A stretch of 17,281 bases of DNA, from contig JBBQYG010000079.1 in the NCBI GenBank assembly GCA_038208905.1, positions 1 to 17,281 on the forward strand, in the 5' to 3' direction. Shown piece after piece: positions 1 through 8,215 of this stretch. Each line of letters begins with the position of its first letter. The first letter of the stretch is position 1. Both the position numbers and the translations under genes were made by a program. Source of the stretch: Candidatus Sumerlaeia bacterium (GTDB lineage Bacteria > Sumerlaeota > Sumerlaeia > SLMS01). Under the pieces are notes generated by a model, which made no database searches, was not told where the DNA came from, and saw only the letters and a program-made list of their open reading frames with translations.

Positions 1-1
1 C

Positions 2-943
2 GCCATTGTGGACCACTACATCCGGGGGAGCGTGACGCGCACGTCGCCGGAGGCTCCGGTGCCGATTCTGGCGGTGGAGGACGAGGAGTGGCTGGCCGGC
101 GGCGCGGCCAACGTGGCGCGCAATATCACGGCCCTTGGGGCGCGGGCGGAGTTTGTGGGTGTGGTGGGCGAGGACGGTCCGGCGGCGCGCCTGGCCCAAA
201 TTCTGGCTGAGGACTCGCTGCTTGGCGCCCACCTGCTGCGCGAGCGCGGTCGCCCCACCACGCTGAAGACGCGCGCCGTGGCCCAGGGGCAGCAGATGCT
301 CCGGTTGGACTATGAAGTGACGCGCTGCATTTCCGACGCCACACGGGAGAAGGCCCTGGGGAAGATCCGCGCGATGCTGCCGAAGTGCGGCGGCGTGATT
401 CTTTCGGACTACGGCAAGGGCTTCCTGACGCCGGAACTCGCGCGGCAGATCATCGACGCCGCGAGTGCCGCCGGGCGGCCCGTGTTTGTGGACCCCAAGG
501 GGTCGGACTATGCCCGCTATCGCGGCGCCACGGTGCTGACTCCGAACCAGAAGGAGGCGAGCGAGGCGAGCCACATCGCCATCGCCGACAATGATTCCGC
601 CGCGCGGGCGGCGCGGGTGCTGCACCGCACGGTCAAGGGCGACACCGTGGTGATCACGCGCGGGGCCCACGGCATCAGCGTGTTTCCCCGCCGCGGCAGG
701 CCCACCCACATTCCCGCCCGGGCCCAGGAGGTTTTCGACGTGACCGGCGCCGGCGACACGGTGATCTGTGTGATGGCGCTGGGGCTGTGCTCCGGCGCGG
801 GCATCGCGGAGGCGGCGGCGTTGAGCAACCTGGCAGGCGGCATCGTGGTTGGCATTCCCGGGGTCGCGCGCGTTCCCGCCGACCGCCTGCGCGCGGCGGC
901 GGAGCTTGAAGATTCCGCGCCCCTCCGCGCCAAGGGAGCCTGA
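2..943 (+). CDS. rfaE1: D-glycero-beta-D-manno-heptose-7-phosphate kinase (PfkB-family HldE kinase domain), 5'-truncated by the window edge
   Basis: Frame is open from base 2 (AIVDHYIRG). Motifs RTSPEAPVP, GGAANVA, ILSDYGKG, VDPKG, TPNQKE and EVFDVTGAGDT are characteristic of RfaE domain I. It lies directly upstream of gmhA. Confidence 0.93.
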   Translation, partial: AIVDHYIRGSVTRTSPEAPVPILAVEDEEWLAGGAANVARNITALGARAEFVGVVGEDGPAARLAQILAEDSLLGAHLLRERGRPTTLKTRAVAQGQQMLRLDYEVTRCISDATREKALGKIRAMLPKCGGVILSDYGKGFLTPELARQIIDAASAAGRPVFVDPKGSDYARYRGATVLTPNQKEASEASHIAIADNDSAARAARVLHRTVKGDTVVITRGAHGISVFPRRGRPTHIPARAQEVFDVTGAGDTVICVMALGLCSGAGIAEAAALSNLAGGIVVGIPGVARVPADRLRAAAELEDSAPLRAKGA

Positions 944-946
944 GCC

Positions 947-1522
947 ATGGAGCCGATCGACCACCTGGACGAGATTCTGGCCGAGCACGAGGCCCTGGCC
1001 CAGCGCGTCCGCGCGGAGTGCGCCGAGTCGATCCTCGCCGCGGGCTCGACCATCGTCCGCGCGCTGGCAGAGGGAAACACCGTCTTCGTCTGCGGCAATG
1101 GCGGAAGCGCCGCCGACGCCCAGCACTTCGCCGCGGAACTGACGGGCCTCTTCCTCGACCGCAAGCGCCGCGCGCTGCCGGGCATCGCCCTGACCACCGA
1201 CACCAGCGCGCTGACGTCCATTGCCAACGACCTGGGCTTCGAGCAGGTGTTTGCGCGCCAGCTTGAGGGCCTCGCCCGCGCGGGCGACATTCTGGTGGGC
1301 ATCACGACCAGCGGGCGCTCCAGAAATGTGATCACCGCGATGGAGAGGGGCTTCGGGATCGGCGTCACCTGCATCGGCCTCTGCGGTGCCGACGGCTCGG
1401 CGATGGCACCGTTCGCCTCCAACGTGGTCGCCATCCCCAGCACCACCACGGCCCGGGTGCAGGAGATGCACATCCTCGCGATCCACGCGTGGTGCCAGAT
1501 GGTGGACGAGGCGTTTCGCTAG
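947..1522 (+). CDS. gmhA: Phosphoheptose (sedoheptulose-7-phosphate) isomerase
   Basis: SIS-fold motifs CGNGGSAADAQHFAAEL, TSIANDLGFEQVFARQ, GITTSGRSRNV and TARVQEMH; 191 aa. Confidence 0.96.
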   Translation: MEPIDHLDEILAEHEALAQRVRAECAESILAAGSTIVRALAEGNTVFVCGNGGSAADAQHFAAELTGLFLDRKRRALPGIALTTDTSALTSIANDLGFEQVFARQLEGLARAGDILVGITTSGRSRNVITAMERGFGIGVTCIGLCGADGSAMAPFASNVVAIPSTTTARVQEMHILAIHAWCQMVDEAFR

Positions 1523-2294
1523 GGCGGTGAGAGTCGCATTTCCCTCGGCGTATAGACGACGTCCGACACGTCAAGAATTGCGTCTCCGTTGCGGTCCATC
1601 GCGCGTGCGTCGTCTCTGTTTTTTCCCAGAAGAGTGTTGATCGAATCTTCCTCGGCGACCTCAGGAGTCGGGGTGGGCAACAGAGTGGCTTCGGGCGTTT
1701 GGGTTGGAATGGCAATTTCTGTCGGCGAAGGCGTCGGGGACGGAGTCGCTTCGGGCGAAGGCTCAGGCCCAACTGCCGCTATCGTGTATTCGATTTCCAT
1801 GTAGTAGGGCAGAAAGGATTCGGATCACCGCGACTGACGTTGATATGCCAAGGGCCCTACCTCAGTTGAGGCGCGTGGGAATCGCGCAGTTCCAAATATC
1901 CCCTCCCGCCGCTGACGCACGTGTTTGTGCTGTGGCCGTCTCCGGAAACGGTGCCCTCGTAAAATATCGAGAGGCAGACTGCCTTTCGGGTGCTTGCCTC
2001 GATACGAAGGAAGTCCAGTCCCTCGGGCACGTCCACTCGATAGGATCGCATGGTTCCAATCTGGAGGACACGGGTGTCCTTTGCGCCGTTGATCTCCAAT
2101 GGTTGGAAATTGGGCCTAAACGTCGCACTTGCCGCAGGCGTGGGCGGCTGCAATGTCGGCGTCGCAGTTGGTGTAGCATTCGCCCACGATAGTGCCGACA
2201 GGCACGGTGTCACCAAGCACACAACGATTCCGCGGTGCGGACTTCGGCAGGCTGGCTGCTTGAGTCTATGTCGTTCCATTAGCCTTTCTCCCAT
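1519..2294 (-). pseudogene. Disrupted secreted protein (signal peptide, PT linker, PPC-like beta domain, PT linker, dockerin/EF-hand-like tail), split into ORFs 1857-2294 and 1519-1800
   Basis: Hydrophobic leader ...CLVTPCLSALSWA, then NATPTATPTLQPPTP and YRVDVPEG. There is a TAG at 1857-1859, after which the same frame reads GPWHINVSRGD. A one-base shift near 1822-1826 joins this to SESFLPYYMEIEY...PSPTPSPT...DRNGDAILDVSDVV. The segment is visibly less GC-rich than its flanks. Confidence 0.6.
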
Positions 2295-2446
2295 AAGGAA
2301 GTATGGCTACAAGCCGTCCTCTGTGTAACCCAAAATCCGCGATCATTGGTGCAGATTCTCACTTCATGTGAAAAGTCCAGCGGAGTCGAATGCGGAAAAG
2401 GCCACAATCTTGCTGGCCATCCGGGCATGGCGGGGCAAGATTCTCC

Positions 2447-3607
2447 ATGATCAAGTCAACCCTTCAACCCGGGCAGGCCGCTGGCCGCCGCTGGCCCGTG
2501 ATCGTGGCCGGGGCCGGTGTGGCGGGCGCGGTGGTGGCGCATGGGTTGGCGCGGCGCGGTGTCGAGGTGCTGCTGCTGGAGAAGCGCAGCCACCCGCGTC
2601 GCAAGGTGTGCGGCGGCTGCCTCCATCCGCGCGGGTTCGCGGCGTTGGAGGAAATGGGTCTGGCGGGGGTGCCGTCGCTTCGGGATGCGGGCTCGCTGGA
2701 CGTGGTGGTGCTGTCGCGCGCGGGGCGTGGGGCGGTGCGGGTTCCGCTCGGCGGCGAGGCCTGTTTCCGCGCGGTGGATCGCGCGGCGCTCGATGCGGAT
2801 CTGGTGGATGCGGCGATCGGCGCGGGCGCGCAGTACATCGACCGTGCGCAGGTCCTTTCATCGGAGGTTTGGGATGATGGCCGCCGCGTGGCGGTCCGTT
2901 GCGAGGGGCGGGACCTGAGCCTCGACGCCGATCTGGTGGTGTCGTGCGAGGGGCTGACGGGCGTCCTCGCGCGCGGGGCGGGGTTGGTTGTGCCTGCGCG
3001 GCCGATGTGGCGCGAGAAGGTTGGATTCTCCATCGAGGCGACCGGCGACGTCGGGGTCGATCTTTCTGCGATCGCGATGCTGTGCGAGCCGTGGGGATAC
3101 CTTGGGATCGTCGGCATGGGCGCGGGGCGGTGGCACTTGGCGGCGGCGATTCGTCCGGAGGTATTGAGCGGGCTTGGCGGTGCCGTCGCCGCGGCGCGCA
3201 CAGCGCTGGCCCGGCATGGGTTGGCGGGGCTGAGCGTGGAGGAGGAATCGCTCTCCACGTCGCCGACCCTCACGCGCGTGCTGCGCCGCCGCTGGGCCCC
3301 GCGGCTTCTGGTGGCGGGCGACGCCGCCGGATATTTGGAACCAATCACGGGCGAGGGAATGACGTGGGCGATTGCGTCGGCATCCGCCGTCACGGAAGTC
3401 GCTGCGTTCGGGTGGTCGGAAAAGGTGGGCCCCGTCTATGAGGCACTGTGGCAGACGCGCGTCGCGGGAATGCGGCGACTCGTCTCGCTTTCGGCGCTGG
3501 CGCTGGATCGGCCCGCCGCGCGCGGCGCGGCCTTGTGGGCGCTGGGGGCGAGCCCCGTGCTGCGCGCGTGGGTCGGCGGGCTGGCAACGCGCCAGGTGCC
3601 GCGATGA
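2447..3607 (+). CDS. NAD(P)/FAD-dependent oxidoreductase (geranylgeranyl reductase/flavin monooxygenase-like)
   Basis: Rossmann motif VAGAGVAG, LLEK...PRRKVCGGCL, DRAALD and AGDAAGYLEPITGEGM. Start taken as ATG 2447 (uncertain). The stop overlaps the next start (ATGA). Confidence 0.85.
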   Translation: MIKSTLQPGQAAGRRWPVIVAGAGVAGAVVAHGLARRGVEVLLLEKRSHPRRKVCGGCLHPRGFAALEEMGLAGVPSLRDAGSLDVVVLSRAGRGAVRVPLGGEACFRAVDRAALDADLVDAAIGAGAQYIDRAQVLSSEVWDDGRRVAVRCEGRDLSLDADLVVSCEGLTGVLARGAGLVVPARPMWREKVGFSIEATGDVGVDLSAIAMLCEPWGYLGIVGMGAGRWHLAAAIRPEVLSGLGGAVAAARTALARHGLAGLSVEEESLSTSPTLTRVLRRRWAPRLLVAGDAAGYLEPITGEGMTWAIASASAVTEVAAFGWSEKVGPVYEALWQTRVAGMRRLVSLSALALDRPAARGAALWALGASPVLRAWVGGLATRQVPR

Positions 3608-4686
3608 GCGCCGCGGTCTGCGTTCTCGGCATGGGCACTGCGGTGCCGGAGAACCGCCTCTCGGCGGAGGCCTTCGCCGAGCTCGCGATCCGGCTGAGCG
3701 CGAATTCGCCGAAGGAAGAGGGTCTTGTCCGCGCCGTCGCACGGCGATCTGGGGTTGCGGAGCGGGGCATCGTCCTTCCGCGAGGCGAATCCGGGGCGGC
3801 GCCGTTCTATCCGCCGCTTGCATCGCCAGGCACCGCCGAGCGCATGGGCGCCTACGAGGAGCTGGCTCCCGCGCTCGCCGCCGCCGCGGCGCGCGCAGCG
3901 CTCGCGAATTCGGGAATCGACGCGGGCGCGATCACGCATTTGGTCACCGCGAGCTGCACGGGATTCTCCGCGCCGGGGGTTGATCTGTACTTGGTCGGCG
4001 CGCTGGGGCTCTCCGCCGATGTGGCCCGCGTTCACGTTGGGTTCATGGGTTGCCACGGCGCCGTGAATGCGTGCCGCATGGCGCGGGCGCTCGCCAGCGA
4101 GAATACGGATGCGCGCGTCCTGGTGGTGGCGGTGGAGCTTTGCACGATCCATTTCCAGTATGGGCTTGGCCGTGACGAGCTGCTCCCGAACGCGCTCTTT
4201 GCCGACGGGGCGGCCGCGATGGTGATCGGCGCGGGCGAGGCGCCGCTGCGGCTGCTCGGCACGGCATCCCGCGTTATCCCCAACAGCGCCCACGCGATGA
4301 CTTGGCGTATCGCCGACACGGGGTTCCGCATGACGCTGGACAGCAGTGTGCCCGACCTGATCGCGGCGCATGTTCGGGTTTTTGTGGAGAGTGCCCTCGC
4401 CCGTCACGGCCTTTCGGTCGACGATGTCGCCGGTTGGGCGATTCACCCCGGCGGGCCGCGGGTGATCGACTCCGCGCTGGCGGGCCTCGGGCTTCCATCC
4501 GCGGCGGGCGATGCCTCGCGCGATGTGCTCCGGCATCACGGCAACATGTCTTCGGCGACGGTGCTGTTTGTGCTGGAGGAGTTGCTGCGTCGCGGCACGG
4601 ACGGGCCCATCGCGGCGCTCGCCTTCGGGCCGGGGCTCACGGCGGAGTTGGCGCTGTTTGCGGCTACTGCCCCGTCATCTGCTTGA
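3604..4686 (+). CDS. Type III polyketide synthase (chalcone/stilbene synthase family)
   Basis: Catalytic triad contexts GFMGCHG (Cys), WAIHPGG (His) and HGNMSS (Asn); also VELCTIH, ALFADGAAA and AFGPGLT. ATGA coupling at 3604-3607. Confidence 0.93.
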   Translation: MSAAVCVLGMGTAVPENRLSAEAFAELAIRLSANSPKEEGLVRAVARRSGVAERGIVLPRGESGAAPFYPPLASPGTAERMGAYEELAPALAAAAARAALANSGIDAGAITHLVTASCTGFSAPGVDLYLVGALGLSADVARVHVGFMGCHGAVNACRMARALASENTDARVLVVAVELCTIHFQYGLGRDELLPNALFADGAAAMVIGAGEAPLRLLGTASRVIPNSAHAMTWRIADTGFRMTLDSSVPDLIAAHVRVFVESALARHGLSVDDVAGWAIHPGGPRVIDSALAGLGLPSAAGDASRDVLRHHGNMSSATVLFVLEELLRRGTDGPIAALAFGPGLTAELALFAATAPSSA

Positions 4687-5635
4687 TGAGCCGCTTGTTC
4701 AGTTCCAGGGCGGGGTTGATGCCGCGTTCCAGGATGCGATGCTGGAGGGCGGCGACCTCGATGAGGATGGAGATGTTGCGGCCCGATTCCACGGGGAGGC
4801 GGAAGCGCCGAATCGGCACGTCGAGATACACGGCGTTGTCGGTGTCGATGCCCAGGCGATCCACCACGATTTCGTCGGACCATCGGTCGAGTTCCACGGT
4901 GAGGGAGACGCGCTTCTCCTCGCGGACGGCGCCGATGCCGAAGAGCAGTTCCACGTCGATGATGCCGAGGCCGCGGACCTCCATGTGGTGCTGGATCGCG
5001 CTCATGGAGGAACCCATGAGGATGTTCCGCCCCAGACGCTTGAGCACCACCACGTCGTCGGCGACGAGGCGATGGCCGCGCTCGATGAGCTCGAGGCCGC
5101 ACTCGCTCTTGCCGACGCCACTGCCGCCGGTGATCAGCACGCCCTCTCCGAACACATCCACGAAGACGCCGTGCACGGTCTCCGACGGCGCGAACTCGCG
5201 CTCGAGCCAGAAGCTCATCATCGCGTTGAAGCGCGACGTCTCGTGCGACGTCCTAAGGATGGGCACGTTGTGCTGATTGCCCAGGTCGATCATCTCCTGG
5301 GGTGGGGTGTTGTTGTTGGTCACGATGAAGCAGGGGATCGAGAACTCGAAGACCGCCTCCAGCCGCCGCCGGCGCTCCGAGGCCTCCAGGCTCGCCAGAT
5401 AGCCCACTTCCGTGTTGCCCAGCACCTGGACGCGGTCGAACGTGAACACTTCGATGAAGCCGGCGAATGCGAGCCCGGGGCGATGCAGTTCGGACTGGTT
5501 GATGAAGCGGGCGAGGCCCTTTTCCCCAGCCACGACTTCCAAGTCGAAAGTCTTCCCCTTCTCCATGATCATGCGATGCACGGGGATGGTGATTCCGGAG
5601 AGATTCCGGGAGTTGACAGTGCTGGAATCTGACAT
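4664..5635 (-). CDS. hprK: HPr(Ser) kinase/phosphorylase
   Basis: HRPGLAFAGF, RVQVLGNTE, VHGVFVDVFGEGVLI, Walker A GGSGVGKSE, GHRLVADD, HHMEVRGLGII and PVESGRN. GGAG lies upstream of ATG 5635. It overlaps the PKS 3' end by 23 nt. Confidence 0.95.
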   Translation of the reverse strand: MSDSSTVNSRNLSGITIPVHRMIMEKGKTFDLEVVAGEKGLARFINQSELHRPGLAFAGFIEVFTFDRVQVLGNTEVGYLASLEASERRRRLEAVFEFSIPCFIVTNNNTPPQEMIDLGNQHNVPILRTSHETSRFNAMMSFWLEREFAPSETVHGVFVDVFGEGVLITGGSGVGKSECGLELIERGHRLVADDVVVLKRLGRNILMGSSMSAIQHHMEVRGLGIIDVELLFGIGAVREEKRVSLTVELDRWSDEIVVDRLGIDTDNAVYLDVPIRRFRLPVESGRNISILIEVAALQHRILERGINPALELNKRLIKQMTGQ

Positions 5636-5695
5636 CGGAAAGGCTCCCCCGCGCGGGCGCTGGCTGAACGCTTCCATACTCTCCAAGGCGATCCC

Positions 5696-6529
5696 ATGAC
5701 GGCAAGCACGATCAAGTTTCACTTCATCAGGGAAAGCCTGGCCCGGTTCGACGGCGGCGCCATGTTTGGCCACGTTCCCAAGGCCGTGTGGAGCAAGCTG
5801 GCCCCCGCCGACGAGTTCAATCGCATCGAGTGCTCCTGCAACGCGATCCTCGCCCGCGTCGGCGGACTCAACATACTCACGGACCCGGGAATGGGGCTGA
5901 AGTGGACGCCCAAGGAGGCGGCGCTATATCACCTTCGCGCGCGTCCGTGGGAGGATCTTCTGGCGCCCCACGGCCTCACGCCCGACGACATCCATGCGGT
6001 CGCGATGAGCCACCTGCACATCGACCACGCCGGCGCCCTTACCCGGTGGGACGCCGACGGCCGCGCGGTCCCCGTGTTTCCCAATGCCAAGGTTTACGTC
6101 CAGCGCCTGGAGTGGGAACGCGCCAACAACCCCGACTCGCGCAGCCGCCCCAGCTATCGCCCTCAGGATTTCGTCCCCCTCATGGAGAGCGGCCAGATCG
6201 TCCTCATCGACGGCGACGGCGAATTCCTCCCCGGGGTGGAGTCCGTCGTCACGGGCGGCCACACGGCGGCCCACCAGGCGCTCCGCTTCGCCGATGGCGA
6301 CGGCGGCGCCCTCTGGTTCCTCGCCGACATCTTCCCCTCGACCGCCCACCTCAAGCCCCACTGGGTGATGGGCTACGACCTCTACCCGATGGGCGTCATG
6401 GAAGCGCGCGCGCGGCTCCTGCCGGAACTGGCGAAGCAAGGCGTGCGCTGCGCGCTGGGGCATGATCCCTTTCAGGAAATCGGCAGGATCGTGGAGGTGG
6501 ATGGTAAGTATGAGTGGGTGGGGGAGTAG
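5696..6529 (+). CDS. MBL-fold metallo-hydrolase (YtnP/lactonase-like)
   Basis: DGGAMFGHVPK, metal motif SHLHIDHAG, GGHTAAHQ, ADIFP, WVMGYDLYP and C-terminal GHDP. Confidence 0.9.
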   Translation: MTASTIKFHFIRESLARFDGGAMFGHVPKAVWSKLAPADEFNRIECSCNAILARVGGLNILTDPGMGLKWTPKEAALYHLRARPWEDLLAPHGLTPDDIHAVAMSHLHIDHAGALTRWDADGRAVPVFPNAKVYVQRLEWERANNPDSRSRPSYRPQDFVPLMESGQIVLIDGDGEFLPGVESVVTGGHTAAHQALRFADGDGGALWFLADIFPSTAHLKPHWVMGYDLYPMGVMEARARLLPELAKQGVRCALGHDPFQEIGRIVEVDGKYEWVGE

Positions 6530-6541
6530 CACGGGCGCCCG
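6526..6541 (+). repeat. Degenerate GTAG-family REP remnant
   Basis: GTAGCACGGGC is an 11-nt exact match to the REP at 12400 and is followed by GCCCG with the 5-nt loop missing. Its TAG is the MBL stop codon. Confidence 0.5.
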
Positions 6542-6562
6542 CAGGCCGTCGGTTGCAGTGCC

Positions 6563-8215
6563 CTAGGGCCAAAGCTCTCCGCCGCTCACGAGTGCGTCGC
6601 GGGTTTTCTGGAATGTCTCGCGATCGCGGCACTTGTCGGTGTCGCTGCGTTTGCGGGCGCTGTTGAGCGGCATCATGAGCCGCGGGTTGGGGAGGAGTAT
6701 CTCCCGGTGTCGGTCGAGGAATGCCCAGTAAAGGCGCTTGATGGGGCAATTCTTCGCCGGGTCAAACCGGCAATCCGCGCAATAGTCCGACATCTTATCG
6801 ATGTACGCCGAGCCCGATACGTAGGGCTTGGTCATGAAGAGCCCGCCGAGCGCAAAGGTCCCCATGCCGAGGACGTTGGGTTCCACCACCCAGTCCCACG
6901 CGTCAAGATAGGCGACCCAGAACCAGTCTGTCAGTTCGCGGGGCGACACGTCCAGCAGCGTGGCGATGTTCGAAAGCACCATCAGCCGGGTGATATGGTG
7001 CGACCATCCCTCGCGCCACAGGTCGGCCACCACGGTGTCCAGGCAGTTGAGGCCCGACTTGGCGCCCCACCATGCAGGCGGGAGGGGTGTCTGTGCACCA
7101 AAGTGATTCGGCGTTGCGCCACCGTCGATCCCGGCATCGTCGGGCGGGCGGTGCCATTCCTTCCCCGCCCAGCGCGCATAGCCGCCATCGCCGGGCGAAG
7201 CGGCGGTTGGCGCGCCGCCCGCAAAGGGATGGCGGAAACCGTCGGTCTCCCGATGCACATGGCGGACGTATTCGCGCCACCCGATCACCTGGCGGATGAA
7301 GCCCTCCTTGCTGTTGAGCGGAATCTCCAATGCCACCACATCGTCGATCATCCGCCGGGGCTCAAGGCGCCCGATGTTCATCAACGGAGAGATGCGCGTG
7401 TGGAACAGGCCCGAGGACGCCGTGGTCATGGCGTCCTCGAAGTCGCCAAAGTGATGGAGGCATTCTGTCATCGCCCACCGCCACGCGGCATCGGCGTCGG
7501 CCCGCGTCGCGGGGATCGCGGCCATGTCCAGCGCGCCGGGATGATCGGCGAATTTGGACTCGATCAGATCGCGGACTTCGGCGCGGAGCGGATCGTCTGT
7601 AAATCGCGGCGGCACGGGCGGCGCGGGATCGCCGGGCCACGGCTTTCGATTGTCGCCGTCCAGGCTGAACTTCCCACCGAGGGGCTTGCCGCCCTCCATC
7701 AGGATCCCCGTCTGGCGGCGGACGTGCTTGTAGAAGGTGTCCATGAAATAGGGGGGCTCCGCTCCGTGGGGGGAGAGAAAGTCCTCCCGCGCCGTCAGCC
7801 ACAATTCGTTGGGAAGAACGAGGATGCCGCCGGACTCGACCAGCGGTTGCAACTCGCGCCGCGTCTCCCGCTCGGCGGCCTCCATCATAGCCAACTGCCC
7901 AAGTTCGCGAACGACTTCGGCGAGGGCCACGCCGTGGGGGGCGTCGGTCTGGCGGTACGCCACGGCAATCCCGCGGCGGGATTGCTCCAGGGCAAATGCC
8001 CGCTGGTTGGCAAGTAGCAGCGCCAGCTTCATCCGGTGGTAGGGTCGGCGGCGGAGGAAGGCCGCGCTCTCTATCAGGACGATCCCGGTTTCCCCGGCGA
8101 CCGCCGTGGAGAGCGGACCACAATCGTCGGTCATTTGGTCCACGTGTATGTACACCCAGCGAAGGCGATTCCGCGCGGATGGGGCAGGCGGGAGCGCGTC
8201 CCGGAACCAGCTCAT
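6563..8215 (-). CDS. Cryptochrome/photolyase family protein, FeS-BCP class (Agrobacterium PhrB/Rhodobacter CryB-like, probable (6-4) photolyase)
   Basis: YHRMKL, PLGGKFSLDGDNRK, SKEGFIRQVIGWREY, HHITRLMV and KPYVSGSAYIDKMSDYCADC...CP. Four Fe-S cysteines are present (NCL plus CxxC...C). Start ATG 8215 overlaps the upstream stop (ATGA). Confidence 0.92.
   Translation of the reverse strand: MSWFRDALPPAPSARNRLRWVYIHVDQMTDDCGPLSTAVAGETGIVLIESAAFLRRRPYHRMKLALLLANQRAFALEQSRRGIAVAYRQTDAPHGVALAEVVRELGQLAMMEAAERETRRELQPLVESGGILVLPNELWLTAREDFLSPHGAEPPYFMDTFYKHVRRQTGILMEGGKPLGGKFSLDGDNRKPWPGDPAPPVPPRFTDDPLRAEVRDLIESKFADHPGALDMAAIPATRADADAAWRWAMTECLHHFGDFEDAMTTASSGLFHTRISPLMNIGRLEPRRMIDDVVALEIPLNSKEGFIRQVIGWREYVRHVHRETDGFRHPFAGGAPTAASPGDGGYARWAGKEWHRPPDDAGIDGGATPNHFGAQTPLPPAWWGAKSGLNCLDTVVADLWREGWSHHITRLMVLSNIATLLDVSPRELTDWFWVAYLDAWDWVVEPNVLGMGTFALGGLFMTKPYVSGSAYIDKMSDYCADCRFDPAKNCPIKRLYWAFLDRHREILLPNPRLMMPLNSARKRSDTDKCRDRETFQKTRDALVSGGELWP

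Noticed and set aside
1857..1859. TAG recoding (pyrrolysine or alternative genetic code)
   Set aside because: TAG ends gmhA, hprK and the MBL gene at their expected C-termini, and a separate frameshift would still be needed.
1804..1860. 57-bp segment bounded by GTAGGGC/GCCCTAC inverted repeats, as an insertion or invertible switch in the broken gene
   Set aside because: Neither excising nor inverting it restores the frame, and its interior reads as plausible protein. A 7-bp inverted repeat can arise by chance.
5636..5773. Extended N-termini from the ORF track (hprK 5773, photolyase 8425, PKS 3448, kinase 14401)
   Set aside because: They overlap neighbouring genes. The internal ATGs have RBS or ATGA coupling and match family lengths.
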